From Tubulanus polymorphus (Eukaryota; Animalia; Nemertea), in contig NC_134026.1 in the NCBI RefSeq assembly GCF_964204645.1, positions 11,927,950-11,991,949 of the forward strand: a DNA stretch of 64,000 nt, written 5' to 3'. Below are positions 1 through 11,374 of this stretch, piece by piece (the stretch's first letter is position 1; each line of letters starts with the position of its first letter). A program made the position numbers and the translations under genes. The notes under the pieces are model-generated. The model was not told where the DNA came from. It saw nothing but the letters and a program-made list of their open reading frames with translations, and searched no databases.

Positions 1-293
1 AGTCCAACGTCTTCATCATTTATGTTAAGTTTAGATTTTTCAATTAAATCTTCTAATTTAGGTATTTTGTTTAAATTATCTAAATCTTGTTTTACTAAAC
101 CTGGGTCTAAATTTTCAGGATTTAATTGTGATTCTGCATTTTTAATATAATCAGGCATATTTAAATTATTATTATATTCTGGCTCATTACCATCATTAAA
201 ACTTGTTTCACTAAAATCAGGTTGTTGTTCATCAGTTATACCAGGTTCATCAAAAGGATCCATTCCAATATCTTCTCCACCTTCTACATCCAT
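1..293 (-). CDS. Polinton hypothetical acidic protein, N-terminal part (MDVEGGEDIGMDPFDEPG...), runs off window
   Basis: ATG within TATATAAATG at 293; frame open to position 1. Confidence 0.6.
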   Translation of the reverse strand, partial: MDVEGGEDIGMDPFDEPGITDEQQPDFSETSFNDGNEPEYNNNLNMPDYIKNAESQLNPENLDPGLVKQDLDNLNKIPKLEDLIEKSKLNINDEDVG

Positions 294-309
294 TTATATA
301 ATAAAAAAA

Positions 310-1395
310 TTAAAATTTAAAATATAATATTCCTCCTATAACAATTCCTATACAAGTAAAAGCTAATTTAGTATTTTCATGTAATTTATTATGATTATCA
401 GTTTTAATTATATCATGTTGAATATTATCAGTTTTAATATTTTCTGTAGTATTGTAATCTTTTATTTTGGAATCATTATTTAATTTAATATTATTAGTTT
501 TAGTTTCTGTTGATTGAATGTGTTTTTTATTTTTTTCACCTTCCATTAATTTTGGAGCAGTAATAATCTTTTTATTTATATCATTCAATCCAAATGAATT
601 ATTTATTGTTGCAGTTTTAATTAGATTATTATAACCAATTATATTTCCCATCTTTAATACTAAATCATTAGAAATAATAAATAGATTAGGGCCTATACAA
701 TAATTTAATCTAATATGTGATTTATCTAAATAATTTTGATATCTTACAATGTTTTCCGGAATCGATCTATTTTTATCATTATGAATTGAATCTTCAAATA
801 ATACTTTGAATTGTTTCTGCGCATCGAATGAAGTGTTATCATTTCCAATTATTGGGGATCTTGTTTCAACTTGCGCACCTAGAATACATATCAAATAAGT
901 TCTAATAGATTGATTTATTCTTTGTATTCCAGCTTTAGTAAAACCTTCACTATTTTCTAAAATGAAATTAACCCAACCATTATTGTTTTGTTGTTGCATA
1001 TTATTATAATATTTTGGTAATTCATTCCAATTTAGTGTTCTTATATCTGAATTTGTCATTATTTTTCCAAATTCTTTAGTATACAATATTCCTAATCCAC
1101 CCATTGTTCCAATTTTTGCTCTAAAATCTTTATTTGAATTAATATTAAATTCATTACATATTTTATAAAACTTAGAAAAATTAATATCATTATTCAATTC
1201 TTTAAAATATTTTGAACCTGGTAAAGGACATTCTAATTCATCTAATATTAATTTTATTTGAAAATATGTATGAAATCTAAAAAGTGATAACATCAATGGT
1301 AAACTTGGTTTGTTTAAATGATCATTCCAACTAATTCCACATCCTGTTGTTGCACAATAAACAGCAAAATTTAATTGGTTCTGCCAATACTTCAT
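310..1395 (-). CDS. Conserved Polinton hypothetical protein (WQNQLNFAVYCATTGCG family) with C-terminal TM anchor; probably 5'-truncated
   Basis: 361 aa ORF. I recall this motif from invertebrate Polinton-like elements. Hydrophobic C-terminus; no TAAATG at the start; frame continues upstream (QNEAKQWLLKSNM). Confidence 0.65.
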   Translation of the reverse strand: MKYWQNQLNFAVYCATTGCGISWNDHLNKPSLPLMLSLFRFHTYFQIKLILDELECPLPGSKYFKELNNDINFSKFYKICNEFNINSNKDFRAKIGTMGGLGILYTKEFGKIMTNSDIRTLNWNELPKYYNNMQQQNNNGWVNFILENSEGFTKAGIQRINQSIRTYLICILGAQVETRSPIIGNDNTSFDAQKQFKVLFEDSIHNDKNRSIPENIVRYQNYLDKSHIRLNYCIGPNLFIISNDLVLKMGNIIGYNNLIKTATINNSFGLNDINKKIITAPKLMEGEKNKKHIQSTETKTNNIKLNNDSKIKDYNTTENIKTDNIQHDIIKTDNHNKLHENTKLAFTCIGIVIGGILYFKF

Positions 1396-1423
1396 ATTAG
1401 ATTTTAATAACCATTGTTTTGCC

Positions 1424-1711
1424 TCATTTTGAACTTATACCAGTTAAAACACTTGAACTTAATCCTAATACACCAATTGATATAGCTAAAGGTGTTAATG
1501 GACTGAATATTGCTAGAAATGTTATTACAGAACTAATTGTAACCGAACCACTTATAATCAAATAGTATATAATTTTACTTTTTAAATATTTTTTCTTTTT
1601 AACTTTTAAATCATTTTCAAATTCTAATATTTGTTTTTCTAAATATGATTTTAATTTAGTTTTATTTATATCATGAGGAATAATGTCAATATTATCAACT
1701 TTATCTTCCAT
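1424..1711 (-). CDS. Small two-TM membrane protein (possibly 3'-truncated)
   Basis: TAAATG start; two hydrophobic segments. Confidence 0.55.
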   Translation of the reverse strand: MEDKVDNIDIIPHDINKTKLKSYLEKQILEFENDLKVKKKKYLKSKIIYYLIISGSVTISSVITFLAIFSPLTPLAISIGVLGLSSSVLTGISSK

Positions 1712-1730
1712 TTATTTAGAAAAAAAATTA

Positions 1731-2157
1731 CTAATTAGTAAACTTATAAGCAACAAATATAACAATAACTGTTCCACCTAAAATCCAAATTATTTCATAT
1801 TTCTTCTGTTCATTACTTGGGGTATAATAATCTGATATTGTAGGTTTATGTAGATGTAATTTTTCTTTATTGGTTACCGCGTTATATAAACTCTTTGCAT
1901 CATCAACTAATTGAAAATCTCTATGTGAAATCTTCTGATCATATAATTCCTTGTTAATATAATCCATATAGTTTTTTTTGTCGTTTCTCTCTATATTCTT
2001 CTGCTGCTTTATTATATTTCTCTAATGCTAAGTTATGTCTTTTTTGTTCTGTTAATGATCCATTTTTATCAATATGTTTAAATAAATAACCACCACCAGT
2101 AAATGCTAAAGCGTTAACAATTGCCGATCCTATAATAGTCATAACTGCAGAAGCCAT
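1731..2157 (-). pseudogene. Polinton membrane/virion protein (MASAVMTIIGSAIVNALAFTG...PTISDYYTPSNEQ...TM), split by a frameshift in an A-run near 1975
   Basis: ORFs 1954-2157 and 1731-1967 overlap at a poly-A run; only the first has a TAAATG start. Confidence 0.65.
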
Positions 2158-2181
2158 TTATTTAGTAAAATAATTATGTAT

Positions 2182-2403
2182 TTATATGGGAGGAATATAT
2201 TTTTGCTTTTCTAAATAATCAATAGTTAAATTAGATAAAGTAACTGCTAATGTTAATTTTAAAATATCATTGATATCAAATCCATCAACATTAACACTTC
2301 CCATTTTGAATACCTTTTTTAATACCATTGAATAACCAACAGTTCCAACTGATAGTAATGCTCCATTATATAATCCAGTTATTATCCACTTATTATCACT
2401 CAT
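2182..2403 (-). CDS. Small hydrophobic Polinton protein (ends DYLEKQKYIP)
   Basis: 73 aa ORF with TAAATG start. Confidence 0.6.
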   Translation of the reverse strand: MSDNKWIITGLYNGALLSVGTVGYSMVLKKVFKMGSVNVDGFDINDILKLTLAVTLSNLTIDYLEKQKYIPPI

Positions 2404-2410
2404 TTATTTA

Positions 2411-2764
2411 TCAAAAAAAATTACTATCATCAAAATATTTAGTTATCTTAGTGATGATTAATTCAACATTTATTTCATTACTGCTTTTATGATTATCATA
2501 TATTTCGGTTAATATGTTTTTAATATCATCTATGATAAAATCTTCAATTAATTCATAAAATCTTAAAGATACTCTAATTAAATAAGTAATCTTTTCTACA
2601 TTTAAAGTTTCTTTATCTATTGTTGTTTCATACTCAAATGTTGTTTCATTAGAAAATGTAATATTTTTGATATGTGTAATTACATCATTAATGTTAAATT
2701 TCATTTCTTTCTCACGTTTAAAATCAAATCCAAAACATATACTTGGTCCAACAGTTATATTCAT
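2411..2764 (-). CDS. Hypothetical protein
   Basis: 117 aa ORF with TAAATG start. Confidence 0.5.
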   Translation of the reverse strand: MNITVGPSICFGFDFKREKEMKFNINDVITHIKNITFSNETTFEYETTIDKETLNVEKITYLIRVSLRFYELIEDFIIDDIKNILTEIYDNHKSSNEINVELIITKITKYFDDSNFF

Positions 2765-2780
2765 TTATATAGTGAAAAGA

Positions 2781-3538
2781 TTACTCTTTACATCTTATAA
2801 CTAATTCATAAATTACAGGAAAGTTATTCAAATCAATTAAATAACCATTATGATTTCTTATTTCTAATTTAAAATTATTGAAATGTGGAATTCAAGGTTT
2901 AAAATCACATTCAGTTAAATTATAATTTATTTGCGTTCCAAATTGTTTAACATTTTTTAATGGTAAAATATTTAATATACTAGAATTACAAATTGTATCT
3001 TTAGTTGCTTCAAATGTTTTTGTTGGGTCAATTAAATTGCAATAAATATAAAAATGTGTAAAAGGTATTAAGTTTGATCTACCTTCTGCGTATGCTGTAA
3101 CAATATCTGGGTTAATTCCTAACAGTTTACCTAAAGGTTTTCTTACTGTAAATTTAAATTGTTCGTCATTAGCTAACCTAATCTTTATTTTATTAGAACT
3201 ATCACTTTTTAAAATTCTAATACTAAATCCGGAATCACTTCCTAATTTAGCTCGAGCTTTTCTATTAATTTCTTGTGCTAATGTATCTAAATTATATAAT
3301 CCTGGTTTTAAATATAAAAAAACCATTTATTCCTTTTTTTGTAAAAGATTGAAAAAATTAAATGTTCTAGACTTTTATCCGATACATTATAAAAAGAATT
3401 ACATAAACTTATATTTACTAATTTCAAATCAACACAATTCTTAAATTCTCTATCTAATTGAACTATTAAATTATGAGATTTATAATTTGTAAGTTTTCTA
3501 GAATCAACAAATATTCTGTATTCTTTTAATTCTACCAT
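2781..3538 (-). pseudogene. Minor capsid protein (penton-like), one frameshift (~3330) and one in-frame TGA (2892)
   Basis: Motifs IFVDSR..LIVQLDR..LVNISLCNSFYNV and FYIYCNLI..SILNILPL; after the stop, FNNFKLEIRNHNGYLIDLNNFPVIYEL. These are typical of Polinton pentons. Confidence 0.7.
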
Positions 3539-3606
3539 TATTTATAACATGAAAAAATTACCGCTCATCACTAAAAATTAATTTTAATAAAATTTGTCCT
3601 TAATAA

Positions 3607-4918
3607 ATGGATGAGAAGATAGCATGCGAAATTTGTGGTGAACTTCTAAGAAAAAGTAATATGGCTCGACATGAAAAAACATGATGAAAATTATAAACCC
3701 CCTAAACTAAACTGCCCAAAATGTAATAAATTATTCTCAAGAAATTATGTTAAAAAACATTCAGAGAAGTGTAAAATTAATGGCGCAACGGCTAATGTTG
3801 ATAGTAATGAAAGTAATAGTAATTCTGTTGAAGTTGAACCTGAAGGTATTTGGAAAAGACCTTTCTTATTCTATGATAAGGATAATATAAAAGATCATAT
3901 CTGTGAGCCTTGTCAAGTAAAATATAGCCCTGAAAATATAGAAGATTGGGAGAATCATCAATTTCGTAAAGCACATATAGATAAAATTTCTAATAAATTT
4001 GAAAGTGAATTCAACGAAAGAAAAAATAATTTATTAGAAAAAATAAAATATGAGAAAACGTTACCAGATAAAGAAACAGTTGAAAAGTTAGAAAAACAAT
4101 ATAATGAATTAACAAGAAAAACATATTATTGTAAATATTGTAAATTGATTATTACAACAAGTAATTCAAATCTACATAATAGAACAATAAAACATAAAGA
4201 AAACGTAAGAAAATTCCAGGAGCTTAATGAAGATCTATTACCAATAAATTATAAACGAAAATGTCCACAATGTAGTTATGCGACCTTAAGACAAGAAGGT
4301 ACTGTGTTATTTTGTAATGAATGTGGATGGCAAAAGAATTTATTGGGTGAAGAAAAAACTAGAAATTTTCTCATAGATCCAAAATTAAATTATCTAGATG
4401 AAATTTTTAAAATATTTTCTGTAGAAGATCATACACCAGAATATATGCAATGGCTTGAAAAAATGAAAATAATAGAAAATAAAAATGGTGAAATAACTAA
4501 AAAAGATATTATAAAAACAATTATTCCATCAACATTTAACACAAAACAAAAGAAAATGTATCTATATTTATTATTTAACGATTATTATGAAAAACCTAAA
4601 TTAACAGAAGAAGATATGAAAAATATAAAAGAAATATTCAAACAAATATTAATGTATCATTTGGAAAATAGAATAACAGATTCAATAAATTATGAATTCT
4701 TTTTAAATAAGATTGTAAATTATTCAAACATAGATATTATAATTCCATTTGACGAATTAACAAACAAAAAGAAACAAAGAGAGCGAGATGAAATGTGGAA
4801 CAAGATAGAACTTTATTTAAATGAGAAAAATGAAATGGAAGAAGAACCTAAACAATTAAATGAAAATGAAGAAGCCAATAGTGATTTCGAGTATGATGAT
4901 ATTGATTTTATGTTTTAA
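3607..4918 (+). CDS. Multi-zinc-finger protein with C-terminal poxvirus VLTF3 (A2L)-like domain; frameshift near 3670
   Basis: TAAATG start at 3607 (MDEKIACEICGELLRKSNMARH). C2H2 fingers, a CPQC...FCNECG ribbon, and C-terminal SINYEFFLNKIV...KKQRERDEMWNKI resembling VLTF3. Confidence 0.65.
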
Positions 4919-7900
4919 TAACCATAAGGTAATGTTTTTATACCATCATCTGAAATATGCCTTTTATCATCAAATGGATTCAAACTAGTTTTTTCAACTT
5001 CATTAATGTACATCTCATGATCTTCTGATCTTAAACAATTCATTTTGTGTTTCATTACAATTGAGTTATATAAACACTTTATATAATCTTAAAATTCTAT
5101 ATGTTTATCAACCACATGTTTTGTTATTCCTTTTAACTTTTTAGCTTCATGATCTTTTGTTCTATAACTATACATTTTACTTCTTATCCCAACAAATTCA
5201 ATCATTTCATCACCCCCTAATTCATCTTTAAACTTACCAGGAATCTTTTTATTATCATTGCTAAATAGTTCATGATCTTTGGGATAATTGCTAAAAATCA
5301 AAATGATGTTTTAATGTTTTTAGGTCTTTTGTTATGTCATTTGTCTTGATTTTAGTATGTAGGCGTCAGTATTTTTTTGGATTAATGGGAACCCAGAATT
5401 GAATGTTCCATCATCTGTTGATAAATCATAAACATAGTCAGTTGGGTTATATATTTCAAATAAATCTTTAACTTCTTCAGTTAAATCTTTTTCTACATGC
5501 CTTAAATTAAAACAATTTGGTTTAGATTTAATCAACCCAATATTCATATTGAAGCCTAATGAATTACATAATATATTCAATCCTGATATAGCAACTTTTC
5601 CTTTCTGTGCAAAGGTTATCTTTTTATCCTTTGTAAATTTTTTAGTGCCATCTGCGGCATAGAATCCAATGAAGAACCATTTTCTTAAAATATTTTTTGC
5701 ATTTAATACATAATCTGGAACTATCTTTTCTTTTGTTGAAGTATTACTTTTCACTATTGCATGAATATAGAATTCATCATTATATTTTATAGCAAAATCT
5801 TTAGGATTATTTACAAGTATTCTATAAACTGCTGATGATTTCATAACATCCATGATTTTAAATGTTTTATTTGGATAAACTTCTTCACAGAATTTCTTAA
5901 TTCTTTCTAATAATTTTAAGTCTTGATTGCATAAATACCAACAATATTTATTACCCCAAACATAATTATACACACCTGCTGAACCATCACCCATGAAAAA
6001 TCCCTTGATAAAATATTCTTTTTCTTCTAATGTTTTGGGTTCTCCATTATAAATATTATCAATTATTTCATCAAATGACATATGATTCATTCTTTGGAAA
6101 AATCTTTTATGTAATAATTCATCTCCAATTTTATATCAGTTGGTTTTATTTCATCGCCATTTCGTTTAATTAAACTATGATTTTCTGTAACATCTACAAA
6201 CCCTAATTTAGTTCTAACTCTATAGATATTCTTATTTGTTTTATGCCTAATAATATTCTTTAATTTTTTCCATCCATTTCTTGTCCAAACACCCATTAAA
6301 CCATTTATTTGTATTAATTCTTTTTCACCATATGAAATATAACATTCATTTTGTTTTGGAATTATTTCTGAAATTCTTCTTATCAATATTCTATCATTAC
6401 ATTTTAATAATATTGGGGTGTGAGCTGTTACAGAATCAAAATATAATATTTCAATATGCTTTTCCCCAAAAAGTGGTTGTAAAACGTTATAATAAAAATC
6501 ATACATTAATAATTTTGATACTTCTAAAACAGTTGAACCAATAAATATAGGTTTATTAAATTTCATTGACGTTCTTTGTAATTTAACTGCTGTTAAATAA
6601 TCTTCAAATCTTTTATTTCCTAAATGTCTAGGACTTGATTGTAAATGTCTTAATCTTTCAGAATTATTCACTAATTCAATATCATTTCTATTTCTAATAT
6701 TTTCACATGTTTTACCATAAAAACTATTATTCATTAATTTGAAGAAATCTTTTTCAAAATCTGTTTTTGATATTGTTCTCTGTTGAGTATTGAAATCTAT
6801 ATATTTTTCTAACCACTTCGATTGATTAAATTCAATATATCTATGTACTTTCTTTAATTTCATTCCTTGTTTTAGATAAAATTTTTACATTCTATAATGA
6901 ACAATATAATTGTATTTATTATTTTGAGTAAGTATTAATTTTTCTGTAAAAACATGATCTTTCGTTTTTATTTTCTTCTGGTATTCACTTAAATAACTAT
7001 CATCTACAGTTAAATGTTCTGGGCAATAAGGTAAGTTTCTTGTTTTAAACTTTATATTTTCAGGATATTCTAAATCAACTACAAAGAAATAACCAATTGG
7101 TGCTTCATCTTTTAAACTCGCAATTGCGCTTTCCCAATCAGTTTTATCACCATTTTCAACTTCTGTTAATATAAAATTTGTGTATGGTTGAGGTTGCATC
7201 ATTGCCCAACCATATAAATTATTGGCATCAATATATAATAATTTATATTCATCATTTGCTTTAAAATACCTCATAATAATCTCCCATAACACCACTAATT
7301 CCACCTCTAATTGATTTTTCAAATAATAAAACCATATCTGGTTCTTTTAATAAATCTAATTCTACATTTGTATATTTTAAACCACATTGCCAGGTTAAAC
7401 CAGGACTAGAGTAGCAATAACAAGGATCAACATTAAAATGATTCAAATTAACTTCTCTAAATTTTTCAAATATGTCAGCCAATATCATAACATCTGATTT
7501 TTAATATAAATCAACTAATTCGCCATGATTTTTCATCTTAAAATGGTTCCAAATATTTAATGTTTTATTAAACACTTCGTCATTCACATACTCCTCTTTT
7601 AATTGATCATAAAATTGATCTTTTAATAATTCTGTTACATTAAAATCATTGTGTGTTTTATAAAATGAATAAGGAATTGCGCCTTTATATCTCAATAATT
7701 TAAAATCTTGGTCATTTGGATAATAATATCGAGTTATTATAAAATCATTATCAACTAAACTTTTTGCTAAATTATCTAATGAACTTGAAATTGAAATGAA
7801 ATATAATTTTCCGATGTTTTACCTAATAGTTTAAAATCATATTTTCTTACATTTACACCATTCATAGCATTATATTCTTCTATTTCTTGATTAATTGTAC

Positions 7901-9947
7901 CCAATTTCTTTGATAATTGTTTTATAAATAGATGGGTATCATAACCCGATAAATTATGAAATAATATTGGTACGAAATTAACTTTCTTAGCTTGTAAATT
8001 GCAATCTTCATGAGCAGCTCCACGATATTTTCAATTTAAATGATCATGATCTCTAACTTTTTTTATCAAATGAATAAAAACGTTTTTCACAATAACAACA
8101 ATGAGTTGCATAATTAAAATCAATTTCATCTTCTTTTGTCATAACTATTCTTTTATTTTTGTTTAATAATTTTGCAAAATCACTTTCTAATTCAATCATT
8201 TTATCACAAAAATCATTAACTACATTTTCACCTCTAAAAGAAATATATTGACTTTCATATAATTCAGGATAATTTGATTTTATATAAATTCCATAAGCAG
8301 CAGCTCTTTGATGAACTTTTTTAATTGTATTTATAATTGGTGGGTCTTGAATTATGTCTTCATTTAATTCATGTCCTTTGTCCATTGATTTTAATAATTG
8401 CTTTTTGTTATATATTTCTTTTCTATCTTGATCAGTTAATTCTTTATTCAACGATTCAAAATCCCCATAAATTACAAATGGAACAATATTCTTAAATTTA
8501 TGATTAGTAAATTTCAATTTATAATCTTTTTCTGTTGGCATTATTAATTTACAAAAATCTTTATTATCACTAAATTCTTTATGTTTTAATAATGTATTCT
8601 CAGCCATAAATTTAGATAAACATTTTCTACATAGATAAATTTTACGATGATGATCACTTTCTGTTGTTCTAAAGAATAAATCAGTTTGTTTTAACCACAT
8701 ATAATGTTCATTTTCATCTTTTTTGTAATATAACAAATCTATAGCATTTTCATCATCATAATATTCTGTTAAATATAAAGCTTCCAATGTATAATCTTTA
8801 ATATTTTCACCTTTTGTTTTTGGTAATTGCATTAATTCGAATACATTTATTTTCAAATTATTAACTTTTTCTATTTTAGGAATCATTTTTATAGTTACTG
8901 GATATTGATCAATTTTATATAATGTTTCATATTTCCGGTAATCTGTTATTCTACAAACATTTTCCCGTGTTGGATGTAAGCAACTAATAATTGACCATAG
9001 AAAACATTTATTATCTTCATTTTGAATATTTATTACTGCTTTTGTTGTAAATGGTAATTTAATATAAGATGATGCTTTAATATCCTTTTCTGTTGTAAAG
9101 TTTGAATCATTTTTAAACATTTTATTACGTTTTGATGTTTTATTTCTTTTTGTATTATAAACATTTAAATCTAAATATATAATTTCATTCAATGTTAAGC
9201 CAGAACCCTCAAAATATCTTCAATATGACGTTTAAATTCATTTAATATTTTTTCTTACTTCTCTTTTATTTGTGTTTTTGAAATTATTTCTTCAGAGAGT
9301 GTTTGAATATTATAATTCTTTTCTTCTTCTGACTTTATAAAACTTACTTTCCCAGAGATACTAATTTTTGGATATTCAACATCTGTTATCAAATCTAGTA
9401 TTTTTTCTATTATTTCATTAAATTTACTATAATCCTCTATTGTTGTTCCTTTAAAAAATCTAAATATAATAGCTGCAGGACCAATTTTACTATGTAATGT
9501 TTCTAAGATTTCAATTGTATCTTTTATTTCTAGTGAATCAATATAATTTCTAACATTTTCCATGTAAGGTTTATTTGAAATGGATTTAGTTTTTGAAGTT
9601 GGTTTTTTTACTTCTTGAGGTTTATCATCAAAATAATCTTTTCCTAAAACATCATTACTCAAATTTTGGTGGTGTTTTTGTCATTCGAGATGTCTATTAT
9701 AATTCCTTTTTACTATAAATTCATTACAAACTTCACATTTTATTTCATCCACATTCATATTTTCTAATCTTTCTTTTCTTTCATTGGAATTTTCTGGAGT
9801 TTCAAAATCTATTACATTTTTTATATGATTTGCAGTTTTTTCATGTCGTGTTGTATGAGATGTATCGATGTATTTTTTACAATATTGGCAATAATATTGA
9901 TTTTTATTAACATTATTGTTTTCTGGCTGGTGTTCATTCTCCCCCAT
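4915..9947 (-). pseudogene. polB: Protein-primed family B DNA polymerase (zinc fingers, OTU-like NEDNKCFLWS, endonuclease VII-like insert, exonuclease, polymerase), several frameshifts and stops, intein-containing
   Basis: Motifs YGDFES, DHDH..YRGAAH..CNL, FHNLSGYD, YSSPGLTW, YIDANNLYGWAM, KLMNNSFYGKT, YFD/TD, GKFKDE, GIRSKMYS, NPFDDKR..TLPYGY*. Confidence 0.93.
5371..6434 (-). mobile_element. Intein with LAGLIDADG homing endonuclease (~355 aa) in PolB motif C
   Basis: Block A SVTAHTPILLK directly after YFD; block B VTENH; LAGLIDADG blocks FIKGFFMGDG and FFIGFYAADG; block F YVYDLSTDDGTF; terminal KN followed by extein T-D. One 1-nt loss in an A-run near 6130. Confidence 0.9.
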
Positions 9948-10032
9948 TTATTAGGAAAAAAAATTACTTGTGGTGATGAGTGGTGTCTCGCCCTCTCGCC
10001 CTCTGATCTGAAACCCCACTTTTACAATTACT
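9944..10032 (-). repeat. Polinton terminal repeat including the polB promoter
   Basis: Near-identical to 61948-62035; first ~45 nt also match 60596-60641. Confidence 0.85.
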
Positions 10033-10600
10033 GATAAACAAATCATTTTCACGTATGAAAACAAAATTTGTAAGACTTTGGTTAAAAACAATCAATCTAA
10101 GCCTTTGGACTGCGGAGTTTACAAAATTATTTGTTTTGGCTGTGATAAAATTTACTTTGGAGAAACTGGTCGTGATTTAAAAACTCGAATTTCGGAACAC
10201 AAAAAGGATATAATAAATCAAAAACCGTAGCCAATCACGTTTGGAACACTGGGCATCGTTTTAATTTTGATAAAGCCGAAATTATTTATACTTCCAGCAA
10301 TTACACTAAACGCCACATAGTTGAGTCTGCCCTAATTACTCGTCACTCATATATATGTACCAATTTAAATAATGGCTTTTCTCCGCATAATTCCCTTCTT
10401 TCTAAGTATATTTCTTCATGCCTTGCCAAACACTAATTATTTACTCACTCACCAATTTACTCAATTAACCTGTCCTCCTCTGTATATATACCCCCCTTTT
10501 TAATCTTAATCTCACACCTGACGATGATCTCTAGGGTGAGATTGAAACGTCGTGTCTTTTATATATTTTTGATTGAATAAATAAATTCTGGTTTTTAAAT
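10033..10600 (+). mobile_element. Penelope-like retroelement 3' fragment (GIY-YIG endonuclease plus pLTR)
   Basis: Translates GVYKIICFGCDKIYFGETGRDLKTRISEHKKDI...NHVWNTGH..IVESALI..NLNNG; followed by a hammerhead and AATAAA. Confidence 0.85.
10514..10555 (+). ncRNA. Minimal type I hammerhead ribozyme
   Basis: ACAC-CTGACGA-T-GATCTC(loop)GAGATT-GAAACGTC-GTGT. Confidence 0.75.
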
Positions 10601-11374
10601 TATTTTAATCTGTAAATAGTGGGATTTTATCTTAACCCTTACTTTGATCGATAGTGCCCCTTCCCTGTTTTTTTTTTTGTTTGGTTTAAACATGTCTAAC
10701 AACTAAGCTCCCGAATTCATCACTTTTTCAGAAATTCTTTCAAATATTGAAATAGGGCGATTGACCTCGTTATTTATTCGATTGGTAGATTTCGTTTGAT
10801 TTTATGATTTGGGTCCAACATAATGAGTTTTCCGGTTTGCTCGGCTACCCGTACTGGCGGGGTAGTCTAGATAGGCAAATGAAAGCTCCGGTTTGCTGAA
10901 CTACCCCTCTTTGCGGGGATGCGGTATGATGTTTGATCTGACAGTTTCAAGTGGTTAATGGGTGTTTCAAGTGCTTACAACGATGCTTATTACTTAATGT
11001 GGTACATGGTGGTTTAAAAAAAGATTTCATAATGATACGCTCAAAGTATAGGCCTACCGCGTGGGCTTCGTAGAAAGACCACTGTCTGTGGCCTTCCCAA
11101 ATTTTAATTGTTCTGTCCGATTTGGTTTCGTCCAATTGAAAGACTGCCTTTTCCAGTTAGGGCATTTTTGGATCACATCACTCAGGAAATGACTTACGCT
11201 TTTGGGCCCTTTCGTCGGTCCCACGTGTTTCATTTGAGCTGTAGACCACATGGTGACACCATGATGGTCAGAAACTGACCAATTGAGATATTCCCGAGTC
11301 TGAACACCTGACTGCGAATTTCGGAAATTTATCAAGTCATGTTTGTTTTCAAACTACCGAGGTATCATCATTGC

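Larger units (their letters stand above)
1..10032 (-). mobile_element. Polinton/Maverick (adintovirus-like) endogenous element, left part outside window, decaying
   Basis: Dense intronless AT-rich ORFs including pPolB and a penton-like gene. Sharp boundary ...ATTACT at 10032 (minus strand starts AGTAATTGTAAAAGTGGGGTTTCAGATCAGAGGGCGAG), matching termini at 60596 and 61948. Polintons begin 5'-AG. Confidence 0.9.

Noticed and set aside
1-10032. Bacterial, phage or free giant-virus contamination
   Set aside because: The pPolB type, penton and AG terminus are Polinton-like, and the same family recurs at 60596 joined to animal TE sequence. Read-level confirmation is still advisable.
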